Assembly: GCA_964652875.1 (NCBI GenBank)
Contig: CAZZEF010000002.1
Location: forward strand, 1 to 58,812
DNA length: 58,812 nt
Reading direction: 5' to 3'
Source: an uncultured Planctomycetaceae bacterium
GTDB taxonomy: Bacteria; Planctomycetota; Planctomycetia; Pirellulales; Thermoguttaceae
Program-made: the position numbers and the translations under genes
In this document: positions 17,262 through 26,393 of the stretch, one piece after another
Layout of the letters: each line of letters begins with the position of its first letter
Position numbering within the stretch: position 1 is the first letter of the stretch
Notes under the pieces: model-generated
Databases searched by the model: none
Seen by the model: the letters and a program-made list of their open reading frames with translations, nothing else
Told to the model about the DNA's origin: nothing

Positions 17262-18221
17262 TCAATTATGACTCTTTTTTTCTATTTTGTCCAGTAGGTC
17301 CCCCAGATCTTTATAAGAAAAATCTATACTGGCCAAGCGAGTCGCGTATTTTTCCGCTTTGGAAATGTCTTCCAAAAAGAACGCAAGTTTAGCGGCCTGA
17401 TACAGAGCCTGACAGACCAATTCATCCGTATCTTCAAACAGAACAAGGACTTCGTCATAATGCATCATGGCCAATCGATATTGTTTAATCTGCTGAAAAC
17501 AACTTGCCAGGCAGACAAGACATTCTTTTTTGACGCTTATATCCGCTTTAGCCGCCTGAAATTCGGAAATCGCTTCTTTTATTTTTCCGTGAGCGCGAAG
17601 AAAAAGTCCGTATTCATAATGCGCTGACGTATCCTGATTGTTTTTTTCCAACCGGTAAAGAATCAAATTCAATTTTTTTGTTTCATAATCATTACGGAGC
17701 TTGACATAACGTGTCTTCAGTTCTTCAGACGGTTCTTTTTTATAAAGTTCGATCAATTTTTCTAGATCATTTCTGGACCGCTGTTTTTGAACTTCCAAAA
17801 ATTTGGGCATAAATTCAATGTCATCAGGAAAAATTTTAAGCGCCCGACGGTAAGTGTCTTCCACTTTTTTCAAATTTCCCCGGACATTAAAATAATCAAT
17901 CATATCGCGGTAAAGTTCCCGGGAATCAGGATCTTTTTTGACCTGACGCTCGAACTCATCCTCTTTGGATAATTTTGGACGACCGTCATCTTCTTCTATT
18001 TCTTCCGGTTTTTTATATTTGTTTTTTTCAATAGTTTTTTCCAAAAGGATATCGCTGACCATTCGACCGGCTTCCGAATCGTCCGGTTTAATCTTTAGTA
18101 TTCGCTGCCAGCAAGCCAACGCATCGTCAAAACGCTCTCTTCGATAAAGTTCCTGACCTGCATAACGGTTGTTCTCAACATTTTCCGGTTCCGCTTCAAC
18201 CGCATGCTTCAGCCAAGCCAT
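17262..18221 (-). CDS. TPR-repeat protein, C-terminal part (appears split from 18259..18606 by a 1-nt frameshift)
   Basis: Repeated A..Y....A...pattern helices. The reading frame stays open upstream of its ATG (ISHACTELGYEDAAMAWLKHAVEAEPEN). Confidence 0.7.
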   Translation of the reverse strand: MAWLKHAVEAEPENVENNRYAGQELYRRERFDDALACWQRILKIKPDDSEAGRMVSDILLEKTIEKNKYKKPEEIEEDDGRPKLSKEDEFERQVKKDPDSRELYRDMIDYFNVRGNLKKVEDTYRRALKIFPDDIEFMPKFLEVQKQRSRNDLEKLIELYKKEPSEELKTRYVKLRNDYETKKLNLILYRLEKNNQDTSAHYEYGLFLRAHGKIKEAISEFQAAKADISVKKECLVCLASCFQQIKQYRLAMMHYDEVLVLFEDTDELVCQALYQAAKLAFFLEDISKAEKYATRLASIDFSYKDLGDLLDKIEKKSHN

Positions 18222-18258
18222 TGCGGCATCTTCATAACCAAGTTCAGTACAAGCATGA

Positions 18259-18606
18259 CTAATGGCAAAAAGGATTGGTCTTCAGCGCGTCAAGACCTCC
18301 TTTGATCACCCCTTCCCAATTTTTACGAAGTTCAGCTGTTTTATAAGGCTTGAGGCCCGTTTTAAAAAACTTTTTGGATCCCTTTTTATTGTCGCCATAT
18401 TTGACTCGAAGATTAACGATAAAGGAATTCATATAAAGCAGATTCTGCGGATCACCCATAACACAGGAATAAAACATATCGGTTGCGTAATCAAACTGTC
18501 CGATCTGCATTTGTTTGTTGCCGTGTTCAAAAATCTTTTGATATTTTCTCTGCTCTTCCGGAGACAAACGACTTTCCGTTGAATTCTCTTTTGAATCTTC
18601 AGCCAT
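18259..18606 (-). CDS. TPR-repeat protein, N-terminal part (see frameshift finding)
   Basis: 115-aa ORF that ends just after an A5 run at 18267-18271. Removing one base fuses it to the downstream ORF. Confidence 0.6.
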   Translation of the reverse strand: MAEDSKENSTESRLSPEEQRKYQKIFEHGNKQMQIGQFDYATDMFYSCVMGDPQNLLYMNSFIVNLRVKYGDNKKGSKKFFKTGLKPYKTAELRKNWEGVIKGGLDALKTNPFCH

Positions 18607-19276
18607 AACAAACTCCCAATACTTGTTTATTTCAATATCAAACGCTGCTTATATTTTTATTTTAAAAACAAATGATTTTCAACTGCTTACTTTTTCTTAA
18701 TAGTAATTTTAATGATCTGTATTATATACTGTTTATTTTCAGTATTTTTTTTTAGTAAAAGTAATCGGTCACTTAGGAAATTTTCGTTTTTTCGAAATAT
18801 TATCAATCTCCCTTTTTTTGTTTACGGGATTAACACCATTAATTTTTGTTGTTCAATTCTGTTTTCAAAAAGACAAACTGAAAACAGACGTTCTTCTCCA
18901 CATTTTCCAATCTTTTTTAGGTCAGATACTCCTGCTTACATTTTCTATTGTCCGATTGTACGTTTAGTTTTCACAATGTCAATTCTTTTTGACAAAGATC
19001 TCTAATAACAGCCAACATTTATTCAAAACGGTCGTTATTATCGGAACCCCCAAAATAATTTTATTTTCTACAAATCAATAAAAACGAAAAACAAATAAAA
19101 ATCAAGCAAACCGTTATCAGCCGATCTGATCAAGCATGATTTGAAATTCATCCCGTCTGTCAATATATACCGTTATTGATCTGAAAAAATTTTTGCAATC
19201 GACACTGGACGGCAACATCATACTCCGACTCTGTTTTCACGAAGTCACAAAAAAGTCAAGCGACGAAGTCTGCCTG

Positions 19277-20362
19277 TTATTTTTCTTTGAATTTTAATCG
19301 GAAAAAGTCCGCACGGGCAACACTTTCTTCTTCTCCTTCAAGAACACGACCAAGCCGGCGTTTCAAATGAGCGGATTGCGATAAAAGCATGATCTCATTA
19401 AGATCTTCAAAAGCGAAATTTTTGATCAAATTGAGATGAATTCCCAACCGAACGCTTGAAAGATACTCCATCGATTCCTCCAGCGTCATTGTGTGCGCAG
19501 TTTGCAAAATAGCCATTGCCCGACAACATTTATCCAAAAGTCGGGAATGATAATTCTCAAGCAAATGCTCTCGCGCCTTGCGTTCGTATTCTACTGTACG
19601 CGGAACCACTTCGCAAAGCTGAGCAATCAGTTCCTCTTCACAGCGTCCAAGGGTCGTCTGATTACTTATTTGAAAAAATTCCCCCAACGCGTTTGAACCT
19701 TCTCCGTAAATTCCCCGAACAGCCAAATTAATTTTCTGAAGACCGCGAAAAACACGTTCCGCTTCGCCCGTTTCAACAAGTCCCGGAATATGCAACATGA
19801 CGCTAACACGAATACCTGTTCCGACATTGGATGGACATGCCGTCAAATAGCCGAGTTTTTGATCAAACGCAAAAGAAAGTTCGTTCTCTAATTGGTTATC
19901 AAGTTCATCTGTCTGAGCCCAAAGCTGCCGCAATTCGAACCCGCTGCACATACGTTGAATGCGAAGATGGTCTTCTTCGTTCACCATAATGCAGAATTCT
20001 TCTTTTTTATCGATTATCGCAGCGCACGGATACTCCGCCTCGACAAGATCCTTACTGATTAACTGCCGTTCCAAAAGGACCTGACGATCAAGCCGCGAAA
20101 CATCATCAAAATCAAGATAAAAAATCGACGATGCGTCAAAAATTTTATCGGAAGCCGCTTTGACTTTTTCAAGAATAGCCCGCTGTTCCGCTTCTGTTGC
20201 CCTGTTCACAAACGGAAACTCATCTATATTTCGGGCCAATCTGATCCTGCTGGAAACAACAACGTCTGAATCCGATCCGATGCCTCGCAGCCAGGCACTC
20301 TGCTGATTAAACAATTCGTCCAATTTCACAATATTCTCTGTTCTATTCTGTTTTTTTGGCAA
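19277..20362 (-). CDS. mcsB: Protein arginine kinase McsB (ATP:guanido phosphotransferase family)
   Basis: Contains RIRLARNI, MVNEEDHLRIQ, LTACPSNVGTGIRVSVMLHIPGL and a C-terminal helical domain. Confidence 0.85.
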   Translation of the reverse strand: MPKKQNRTENIVKLDELFNQQSAWLRGIGSDSDVVVSSRIRLARNIDEFPFVNRATEAEQRAILEKVKAASDKIFDASSIFYLDFDDVSRLDRQVLLERQLISKDLVEAEYPCAAIIDKKEEFCIMVNEEDHLRIQRMCSGFELRQLWAQTDELDNQLENELSFAFDQKLGYLTACPSNVGTGIRVSVMLHIPGLVETGEAERVFRGLQKINLAVRGIYGEGSNALGEFFQISNQTTLGRCEEELIAQLCEVVPRTVEYERKAREHLLENYHSRLLDKCCRAMAILQTAHTMTLEESMEYLSSVRLGIHLNLIKNFAFEDLNEIMLLSQSAHLKRRLGRVLEGEEESVARADFFRLKFKEK

Positions 20363-20620
20363 TGATTATATCTTTAAGAAATTAACTCCAAAATATTTCT
20401 GTTGTCCGCGGCAAAACAAAAAACACATAACTCTTTGTTTTATTGTATGTTACGTTCTTATTGATCAACAACAGATCGCAATTGTTCCAAACCATAAATC
20501 AAACGGAACCTTTTTATTTACGATTCTTTATTCCCGCAAGACACAGTAATTTATAAGCTTTATTATAACAACAGTTTTTAAATTTTACAAAGCGGAGAAA
20601 GATGTTTTTACAAGAAAAAT

Positions 20621-20659
20621 AAAAAATCCTTTGGAAAAATTTTCTCCAAAGGATTTTTT
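20621..20659 (-). terminator. Bidirectional hairpin terminator at the 3' end of the tRNA cluster
   Basis: AAAAAATCCTTTGGA-AAAATTTTC-TCCAAAGGATTTTTT is a 15-bp perfect stem with A/T runs on both sides. It is adjacent to the tRNA-Asn 3' end. Confidence 0.65.
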
Positions 20660-20661
20660 AG

Positions 20662-20734
20662 CGCCTCGACAAGGACTCGAACCTTGGACCCAGCGGTTAA
20701 CAGCCGCTTGCTCTACCAACTGAGCTATCAAGGC
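20662..20734 (-). tRNA. tRNA-Asn (GTT)
   Basis: Hand-folded. The acceptor is GCCTTGA/TCGAGGC, the anticodon loop CTGTTAA and the T-arm CAAGG-TTCGAGT-CCTTG. No CCA is encoded. Confidence 0.85.
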
Positions 20735-20848
20735 GTCCGGATAAGAATAATTTCTTACCGATTAATTTTTATTCTATATGCTTTTTTATTTCTTTCAAGA
20801 GGCACCTAAAAAATTTTTTAGATCTTGAACAAAAACATATAAAATAAA

Positions 20849-20934
20849 TACCGAAGAGAGGACTCGAACCTCCACCTCCTGTAACAGAGACTAGGACCTG
20901 AACCTAGCGCGTCTACCAATTCCGCCACTTCGGC
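20849..20934 (-). tRNA. tRNA-Leu (CAG), long variable arm
   Basis: Sequence is GCCGAAGTGGCGGAATTGGTAGACGCGCTAGGTTCAGGTCCTAG..., with anticodon loop TTCAGGT and T-arm GGAGGTTCGAGTCCTC. Confidence 0.85.
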
Positions 20935-20960
20935 AACATTTTCAATTTTTTATTGGAAAA

Positions 20961-21031
20961 CAACCCGGCAAGGATTCGAACCTTGACTGAGGGAACCAAA
21001 ATCCCTTGTGCTGCCATTACACAACCGGGTT
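20961..21031 (-). tRNA. tRNA-Gln (TTG)
   Basis: The acceptor is AACCCGG/CCGGGTT, the anticodon stem-loop AGGGA-TTTTGGT-TCCCT and the T-arm CAAGG-TTCGAAT-CCTTG. Confidence 0.8.
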
Positions 21032-21315
21032 ATACGACTGCCCGGCCGAAAATAAGCCGATCGGTCGCTTATCCAATTAAAGGGTTATTTTACTGTTCCT
21101 TCTTTTTTTAACAAGGGGGGAGCAATTATTTTCTCCTTTTCTTGATCGCGAAATAGTAAATTTTCAGTATACGTTCAGTTCGTCGATTTTAAAAACTTGA
21201 TTTAAGACGCTTTATTTATATTATAAATAATATTAAGATCAAAATATTATTAACAATATTCGTCGCATATTTCAAAATGCGTTCATAATTTTCTTCCAAC
21301 AAAGGAGTTCCAACG

Positions 21316-22065
21316 ATGAGCAACGAGCCCGATAATGCTTCTTTCCCCTCTCCTGAACTGCGGAAATATATTGAAGAATTTCAACTGTTTATAAAAAGTC
21401 TCCCGACGGTTTATGAAGAAAACCCTTTGGACAATAACGACGATGTTATTTGGCCGATCAATAGCGACAGCGGCAATGAAGAACCTGCTGTAAATAATCC
21501 CGATTTTTCAGATCCCCCTCAAATGAACATTACCGACAACAATTATGATAATCGTATGATTAATATATCAAACATTAATCATGTCAGCAGGGAATCCGAT
21601 GATATCCCCTTTTTAAATAACTCAAAAAATAACATGCTTTTCTCGGAAAAACATGATGGTGACTCCCCAATTTTTAATAAAAAAACAGATCCCCAAAACA
21701 ATTTCTCCAATCAGAATTTTACTAATCAAATTAAGAACAACGATCAATCGCTTCCCCGAAAACCGGACAATTCTATTAAAAAATCGGTTTCAGATCCTGC
21801 TTCGGTCACCAGTCTTTCGAAAAATTCTGCTCACGGCATAAAAAAAGAAAAATTTTCAAAATATCCCTTTAATGAAACAGAAGAGGAAATTCCGTTAAGA
21901 AGTCCTTTTACTAAAAGAAATCCGTTTTTCGGTCAATCTTATTCCGATCAAAAAACCGTCAAAGAATGTTTAAAAGGAATAAAAGATCTCCAAAAAGCGG
22001 TCGATAAATTAAACCATACTAATATTCTTGAAAAAAAAGAAAAAATAAAAATTATTTTCGATTAA
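21316..22065 (+). CDS. Asn/Ser/Pro-rich low-complexity protein, unknown
   Basis: 249-aa ORF with AGGAG SD and a terminator downstream. No motif recognised. Confidence 0.5.
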   Translation: MSNEPDNASFPSPELRKYIEEFQLFIKSLPTVYEENPLDNNDDVIWPINSDSGNEEPAVNNPDFSDPPQMNITDNNYDNRMINISNINHVSRESDDIPFLNNSKNNMLFSEKHDGDSPIFNKKTDPQNNFSNQNFTNQIKNNDQSLPRKPDNSIKKSVSDPASVTSLSKNSAHGIKKEKFSKYPFNETEEEIPLRSPFTKRNPFFGQSYSDQKTVKECLKGIKDLQKAVDKLNHTNILEKKEKIKIIFD

Positions 22066-22144
22066 AACAATGAAAACCATTTTTTGCTTTATTTAAAATT
22101 GAATATTTAAACATTATTCCGTTCATTATACCTTCATTTTTACC

Positions 22145-22183
22145 AAAAGTCTTTCTGCGGCAAACAGAAAGACTTTTTTATTT
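22145..22183 (+). terminator. Rho-independent terminator
   Basis: AAAAGTCTTTCTG-CGGCAAA-CAGAAAGACTTTT followed by TTATTT. Confidence 0.7.
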
Positions 22184-22520
22184 GTCGACTCCTGCAAAAA
22201 AGACCTTTTCATATGACCGACGCTTTAATTATTTCTTTTTTTCGTCCGTTAACTTTATGAACCGTCTGCCCTTTTGATGCCTGAACAGGAAATTACCAAG
22301 CACAATCGGCATAATGCCCCAAAGAGAAAACACTCGGTAATCGGTGTTAAATAAAAAGAAGAAGAAGAAATATTGGGATTGTCACAACCTGTAAAACGAA
22401 TATAATATATATTTAATTGAACAATAAGGAACAATTTCTTATTAAACAACGATTTACAGTCCTCTTTAAAATGCGGTCTTAAAGAACGGACTGTCTAAAA
22501 ATTTTTCAGAAAAAAAACAA

Positions 22521-24071
22521 ATGCCTGAAGACAAACTCAGCGGTGAAAACGCAGCAAACGAAACAGTGACAGTTCAAAAAAATTCCGATTCAAAAACTTC
22601 TGAAACGGAATTGATCCAAGAAACAGAATCAATAGCCCCTTCGGAACCCCTGACCGAATGCGGTGAAGCGGACTCGAACGCCGCTTTTGTCTGTTCAGAG
22701 AAACCGAACACCGTTTCTAATACTATTGATTCGGAAGAAATCAAAGAAGAAAATGAATTTGACACTGATTCAAAAAGCCAGAGCGATTCTTTGTCCGAAA
22801 CAGTGCCCGACAACCGTTCCTTATCGGAAGTATTAGAGCAATATGACATAAAGCTTTCCGCAAAAAAAATACGTCTTCTCGAAACCTATTGCCAGGAACT
22901 TTGGAAGATCAATGAACATCTCAATTTGACTCGTCATACCAGTTACGAAAAATTCGTAACACTTGACCTGCTCGACGCCATTCATTTAGCGGACCAGCTC
23001 CAAATCGGAGAACACGTTCTTGATGTCGGAACCGGCGGAGGAATGCCCGGTGTTCTTTTAGCGATTCTCCGATCCGATATTACGGTTGAGCTTTGCGATT
23101 CAACCAGAAAAAAAACGGAGGCACTCGGACAAATTCTCGACGCGATGAATCTGAATTTGAATGTCTGGTACGCCAAAGGAGAAAATCTTTTAAAGGTGCA
23201 TCGGTTTCATACAATCGTTATTCGGGCGGTTTCTAAACTGGATAAACTCTTGCGCGATTTTTCAACCGTTTGGTTCGCTTTTGACCGAATGCTTTTGATC
23301 AAAGGACATCAATGGGTTGCCGAACGGGGAGAAGCCCGTCATTATAATCTTCTGAATAACATTGCGCTTCGCAAAGTAGACGAGTATCTAAATCCCGGTT
23401 TCGACAATCCAAGTGTTATTCTTCAGCTCTGTCAAAAGAAGCGTTTTGAAGAGATCCAGAAACGGGAATCGGACCGTCTTGAAGGAAAACCGATCGATTC
23501 ACTTCCGGAAATGATTGGAATTGAAAGCGGTCCTGCACAAACAGAAAGACCTCGTTCTTCCGGTAAAAGATCCTTTTCCGGCAAAGGTAAAGAAGAATTC
23601 GACAAAAAGAGATCAAGATATGGCGAATCTTCTTCCAAGAGATCTTATTCCGACCGAAAACCTTACTCCGCCGGAAGAAATAAATTCGCCGGAGACGCGG
23701 ATCGGGATTCGGGAAAAGGGGAAGACCGATCTTTCAGCAGAGACAGAGATCAAAACGGCGATTCTAAATCGTCCTCCGGGCGTTCCGGTGAATCTTCCTC
23801 CAAGAGATCTTATTCCGACCGAAAACCTTACTCCGCCGGAAGAAAAAAATTCGCCGGAGACACAGATCGGGATTCGGGGAAAGGGGAAAGTCGATCTTTC
23901 AGCAGAGACAGAGATCAAAACGGCAGTTCAAAATCGTCGTTCGGCCATTCCGGCAAATCTTCCTCCAAGAGATCTTATTCCGATCAAAAACCAAGGCAGG
24001 GAGGCAATCGCTCGGGATCCGTTCATCGATCTTTTAAACAGGACAAACCAAACAAACATTCAGAAGGTTAA
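22521..24071 (+). CDS. rsmG: 16S rRNA m7G methyltransferase RsmG (GidB) core with acidic N-terminal extension and Arg/Ser/Asp-rich repeat tail
   Basis: The core has NLTRHTSYEKFVTLDLLD and VLDVGTGGGMPGVLLAI. The N-terminal ~105 aa and C-terminal ~215 aa are extensions. Confidence 0.8.
   Translation: MPEDKLSGENAANETVTVQKNSDSKTSETELIQETESIAPSEPLTECGEADSNAAFVCSEKPNTVSNTIDSEEIKEENEFDTDSKSQSDSLSETVPDNRSLSEVLEQYDIKLSAKKIRLLETYCQELWKINEHLNLTRHTSYEKFVTLDLLDAIHLADQLQIGEHVLDVGTGGGMPGVLLAILRSDITVELCDSTRKKTEALGQILDAMNLNLNVWYAKGENLLKVHRFHTIVIRAVSKLDKLLRDFSTVWFAFDRMLLIKGHQWVAERGEARHYNLLNNIALRKVDEYLNPGFDNPSVILQLCQKKRFEEIQKRESDRLEGKPIDSLPEMIGIESGPAQTERPRSSGKRSFSGKGKEEFDKKRSRYGESSSKRSYSDRKPYSAGRNKFAGDADRDSGKGEDRSFSRDRDQNGDSKSSSGRSGESSSKRSYSDRKPYSAGRKKFAGDTDRDSGKGESRSFSRDRDQNGSSKSSFGHSGKSSSKRSYSDQKPRQGGNRSGSVHRSFKQDKPNKHSEG
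23625..23990 (+). repeat. In-frame 165-nt tandem repeat (about 2.2 units) in the RsmG tail
   Basis: GAATCTTC(T/C)TCCAAGAGATCTTATTCCGA recurs at 23625, 23790 and 23955. It encodes the SSSKRSYSDRKPYSAGRKKFAGDxDRDSGKGExRSFSRDRDQNG units. Confidence 0.85.
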
Positions 24072-24109
24072 CCGATACGGATATCGTAATTAAGAGAAAG
24101 TTTAATGTT

Positions 24110-26152
24110 ATGAAACAGTTTAATAATTTTCATTTTTGTGTTATATTGTTTTTGTCAGCAGTTCTTTGTTCAACAGGTTGCAACAAAAGTAAAGAGGCTC
24201 AAGCTCCAGTATCGTCCAATACTCCTGTTTCGCAAGAAGAAATAATGGCCGCCGTTAAAGACGATTCCATTCGGTCGCTGTCAGCGGATCAACTTGCTTT
24301 ACTCGGAGCCAAAAATAATATCAATACCGACTTTGTTTTTCCTAACGCTCATCTGGTCCGTTATATCAATCCAAAACATTTTCTGAAATACGGTTCCGCG
24401 AAAAATGTTTTAAATTATTTGCAGTCGTCCGTAATGCAGTTGCCGTTCGCGGATCAGTTTGATACGATCGATTCTTTTGTTTGGAGTTCCAAAGTTGTCC
24501 TGTCCGATCTGAAAGATCCGAAAACCAAACAGTCGATTAATCAGCCGCTTGATACTCCCATTCAAAGTTTTTATGTTAAAAAGTTGAAACCTGTCGAACA
24601 GGAGAGCCTGTTGGAACTTCTTTTCAAAGGACTCGATAAAAGCAAACTGACCAAGAAAAAATACGGTAATCTTGAAGTCTCCTGTTTTCCCGTTCAGATC
24701 CCGGTACGCCTTGATGAAAAGGGCGAAAAAACGGCCTTCCTTGATTTCGTTCAAACATTCTGTTTCCCGACCCCGGACTCTTTTGTCATCGCGGTCGGAC
24801 CGCAAGAGCAAATTGATCTCTTTTACAACGGATCCAAAGGAGATCATCGAGGAATCGCGGCCCAACGTCTGGCCCGTTTGGATGATAAAAACAGTGACTT
24901 TTTGTTTGTTTACGATTTTAGTCATCCGCTCGGCGCCAGAAATCAAATCTTTTTGTTCCCGGAAAATCTGATGCGTCAAATCGCGGTCGAAACAGACTCG
25001 GTTATTTTTGCGATTAATACCGCCGCTTCAGAAAAAGATCCTCTTCTTCACATGACAATTAGGGGCAAAAAAACAGCGGACATGAACAAGATCAACTCGG
25101 AACTTTCCGCTCTTTTAATGGATCTTGACCGAAACGCCAAATCCGACGCCGCAAAAATGCCGAACTTGCCCGGATTCTTAAAAGATGTTAATCTTTGGCT
25201 TAAAAATGTTAAAATTGTTCTGAAAGACACTTCGACGCTGGACGCTGATATCATCAATACAAAAGATGTCCAAAATTATTGCCAAAACATGTTTATTGAA
25301 TTGAACAAGGCAATCGAAAACGAGAAAAAGGCTCAATACGCAATGGCACTTCAAAATCAATTCGGAGCCTTGGCGCAAGTCTTTACCAAATATTTCTCCA
25401 AATTCAATAAATACCCGCCTCTGGCCATTAAGGACGCCAAAGGAACTCCAATTTTAAGCTGGCGCGTTGCGCTTTTACCCGCATTCGGTCCGCAAGGAGA
25501 AGATCTTTACAAACAGTTCAAATTGGACGAACCCTGGAATGGTCCCAACAATATAAAATTGCTTGAAAAAATTCCTTCCGTCTACCGGACTTCCGTTGAC
25601 AAGATCAACGCTGCGAAAACAGTATTTCAAATTCCGTCTTCCGCCGGTACCCCTTACGCAAAAAAATCGGACGGACCCGCGTTAAAAGACATTGAAAACC
25701 CGGCCCGAACTTATCTCGTCGTTGCTGTTAATGAAAAATCCGCTGTTGAATGGACAAAACCTGAAAACCTTACTTACCAAGCGGACAAATTAAAAGAAAC
25801 TTTCGGCGATTTTATTATCGGTATTCCTTTTATGGGTGATCCGCATCCTATTCTGACGGACTCGCCGGATGCCGCAGCCAAAGCTGATGAATGGATCCTC
25901 GGTATTGCTCCTGTCACGGCAACAACTCCTATTAAAACTGCCGATATCACCAAACCGGCAAACACAAACGCAAAACCCGCCGATAGCGCCAAACCGGCAA
26001 ACACAAACGCAAAACCTGCCGATAGCGCCAAACCGGTAAATACAAACGCAAAACCTGCCGATAGCGCCAAACCGGTAAATACAAACGCAAAACCTGCCGA
26101 TAGCGCCAAACCGGTAAATACAAACGCAAAACCCGCGGAACAGAAAAAATAA
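24110..26152 (+). CDS. Large lipoprotein with DUF1559-like motif and C-terminal KPADSAKP(A/V)NTNA repeats
   Basis: Lipobox LCSTGC. It has LSWRVALLPAFGPQGEDLYKQFKLDEPWNGPNN and five 13-aa C-terminal repeats. Confidence 0.7.
   Translation: MKQFNNFHFCVILFLSAVLCSTGCNKSKEAQAPVSSNTPVSQEEIMAAVKDDSIRSLSADQLALLGAKNNINTDFVFPNAHLVRYINPKHFLKYGSAKNVLNYLQSSVMQLPFADQFDTIDSFVWSSKVVLSDLKDPKTKQSINQPLDTPIQSFYVKKLKPVEQESLLELLFKGLDKSKLTKKKYGNLEVSCFPVQIPVRLDEKGEKTAFLDFVQTFCFPTPDSFVIAVGPQEQIDLFYNGSKGDHRGIAAQRLARLDDKNSDFLFVYDFSHPLGARNQIFLFPENLMRQIAVETDSVIFAINTAASEKDPLLHMTIRGKKTADMNKINSELSALLMDLDRNAKSDAAKMPNLPGFLKDVNLWLKNVKIVLKDTSTLDADIINTKDVQNYCQNMFIELNKAIENEKKAQYAMALQNQFGALAQVFTKYFSKFNKYPPLAIKDAKGTPILSWRVALLPAFGPQGEDLYKQFKLDEPWNGPNNIKLLEKIPSVYRTSVDKINAAKTVFQIPSSAGTPYAKKSDGPALKDIENPARTYLVVAVNEKSAVEWTKPENLTYQADKLKETFGDFIIGIPFMGDPHPILTDSPDAAAKADEWILGIAPVTATTPIKTADITKPANTNAKPADSAKPANTNAKPADSAKPVNTNAKPADSAKPVNTNAKPADSAKPVNTNAKPAEQKK
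25951..26135 (+). repeat. In-frame 39-nt tandem repeat, about 4.7 units
   Basis: CAAACCGG(C/T)AAA(C/T)ACAAACGCAAAACC(C/T)GCCGATAGCGC recurs at 25951, 25990, 26029, 26068 and 26107. Confidence 0.9.
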
Positions 26153-26393
26153 CGCCGCTCAAACAAACACCTGAATTTAAGTCTCGTGTTTGAGACATAC
26201 TTTTTCAGCTTGCTCCCCGAAAAATATTTCGAATCCCGAAAACATTTGGAATTCGAAATATTTTTCTGTTTTATCGAAAAAGCAAATCATGTCCGCAAAA
26301 TCAGTTCGGCGGAGCCAATTAAATAAAACATTACTGCCGCAATTCCATTTTTTATAAAATTTTGACAATAAAAATTTTTCCAAGGATCGTTAC

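Noticed and set aside
18712-19005. 97-aa plus-strand ORF between the TPR and mcsB genes
   Set aside because: It has T-rich low-complexity sequence (FFFSKSN, FFRNIINLPFF), no SD and no motif, and it is likely non-coding spacer.
20662-21031. The tRNA cluster as a prophage or island integration site
   Set aside because: No integrase and no partial tRNA duplicate is visible nearby. The phage-like block ends about 10 kb away, with ordinary genes in between.
23515-24093. Alternative-frame and antisense ORFs over the repeat regions (23515..24093+, 23613..23918-, 25774..26166-, 25947..26198-)
   Set aside because: These are shadow ORFs kept open by the tandem repeats. The RsmG and lipoprotein frames carry recognisable motifs and continuous long ORFs.
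25951-26135. 39-nt tandem repeats that could superficially look like a CRISPR array
   Set aside because: The units are contiguous with no spacers. They are in frame inside a long ORF and encode a 13-aa peptide repeat. No cas genes are present.
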